This document shows, piece by piece, positions 63,170 to 64,000 of a DNA stretch of 64,000 bases. Each line of letters opens with the position of its first letter. The first letter of the stretch is position 1. The DNA is taken from positions 172,346 to 236,345 of the forward strand of contig JAQGDQ010000356.1 of NCBI GenBank assembly GCA_030141605.1. Reading direction: 5' to 3'. The DNA is from Tubiluchus corallicola (Eukaryota; Animalia; Priapulida). A program made the position numbers and the translations under genes. Below the pieces are notes generated by a model. The model ran no database searches. It saw only the letters and a list, made by a program, of their open reading frames with translations, and was not told the origin of the DNA.

Positions 63170-63524
63170 TTATGTGGTACTTATACTAGCTTTGGTCAGT
63201 AACTACCTGTGGTGTGTTATAAAATGAATATGAAAGTATATCCATTTTCCGAGAATAAAAAATTTTTCTAAAACGTGACGCCCTCTTACTTCCAGAAAAA
63301 TATTTCTAATCTATACAGAATTGTATGATTATATACAATATCAGGACTTTTTAGTTTGAGTTCTTAGACCCTTTGACTCTGTTAAGAAATTAGGTAGATT
63401 CCAAAGTTTCTTATTTAACAAGTACATATCATTACAGTTTAACATATGAATCTAGCAGAATTATACAGTTGAAATTTCTTGCTGTAAAGAAATTCATACC
63501 AGTACTACGTAAAATTTACATTAC

Positions 63525-64000
63525 TTGAAGCACAAGAAAACCCTCCACTTACATAAAGCTTCAAAAAATTGTCTTGAAATTTTATATCACATACACACTA
63601 CCTTTTTGCATGCAGGGCTTGCAGTAACGCTGCATAAAATATGTAATTTAAACCTTGCGATGACTGTTAGTTGCAGCAATTTTGACGAGAGGTCATGTGA
63701 AACAAGTTTAGATAACACCAAGTAAATATAGCATTCATAGTACACACGTCACTAAGTACAATTTTAAATTACTGTATCTTGTCAATAAGATTAAAAATAC
63801 GTTTTTTGGTCAGTGAGTGGCACACCCTTCAGGGTCAACGACATTTTATCAATTGGCACGAACGTTTTAAATTATTATTTCTAATTACATAAGTCTTTCC
63901 AGCAGGTAAGCAAGATGCTAAGTAATATAACTATGCATGGAAAGCTTTTCTGGAACACAATTTAACATTGCCTTTGAGTCTTCCCCTGAGTTATATTTGC
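63525..64000 (+). mobile_element. Family C Kolobok-like copy running off the window edge
   Basis: agcacaagaaaaccctccacttacataaagctt..gtcttgaaattttata; colinear with 20735-21270. Confidence 0.75.

Overview
This is AT-rich animal genomic DNA, probably from a marine invertebrate; the 5S-like segment resembles molluscan/lophotrochozoan 5S, which is an inference. The whole window lies inside one minus-strand gene, a LAP-family polarity gene best matching scribble. I reconstructed 10 consecutive coding exons by hand (63142 down to 935; 1014 nt, 338 aa of LRR domain into LAPSD), all joining in frame. One intron needs a GC donor. Exon 1 lies beyond the right edge and the downstream exons (expected PDZ region) lie beyond the left edge. 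About a third of the window (hand estimate ~22 kb) is tandem repeat, from more than 25 unrelated mini/microsatellites that account for nearly all long ORFs in the track. The rest holds TTAA-flanked Kolobok-like MITEs, Harbinger-, hAT- and Tc1/mariner-like MITEs, tRNA- and 5S-derived SINEs and LINE remnants. The most interesting items are: a 5S rRNA-headed SINE whose body looks like fused RTE-LINE 5' and 3' ends; a 40-bp minisatellite grown from the loop of a foldback; arrays of decoy 3' splice sites upstream of real acceptors; tandem amplification of transposon ends and Pol III heads; and a decayed Penelope-type hammerhead. No CRISPR or prokaryotic features were seen. All coordinates and copy numbers were counted by eye, and family assignments come from recalled consensus sequences, not database searches.
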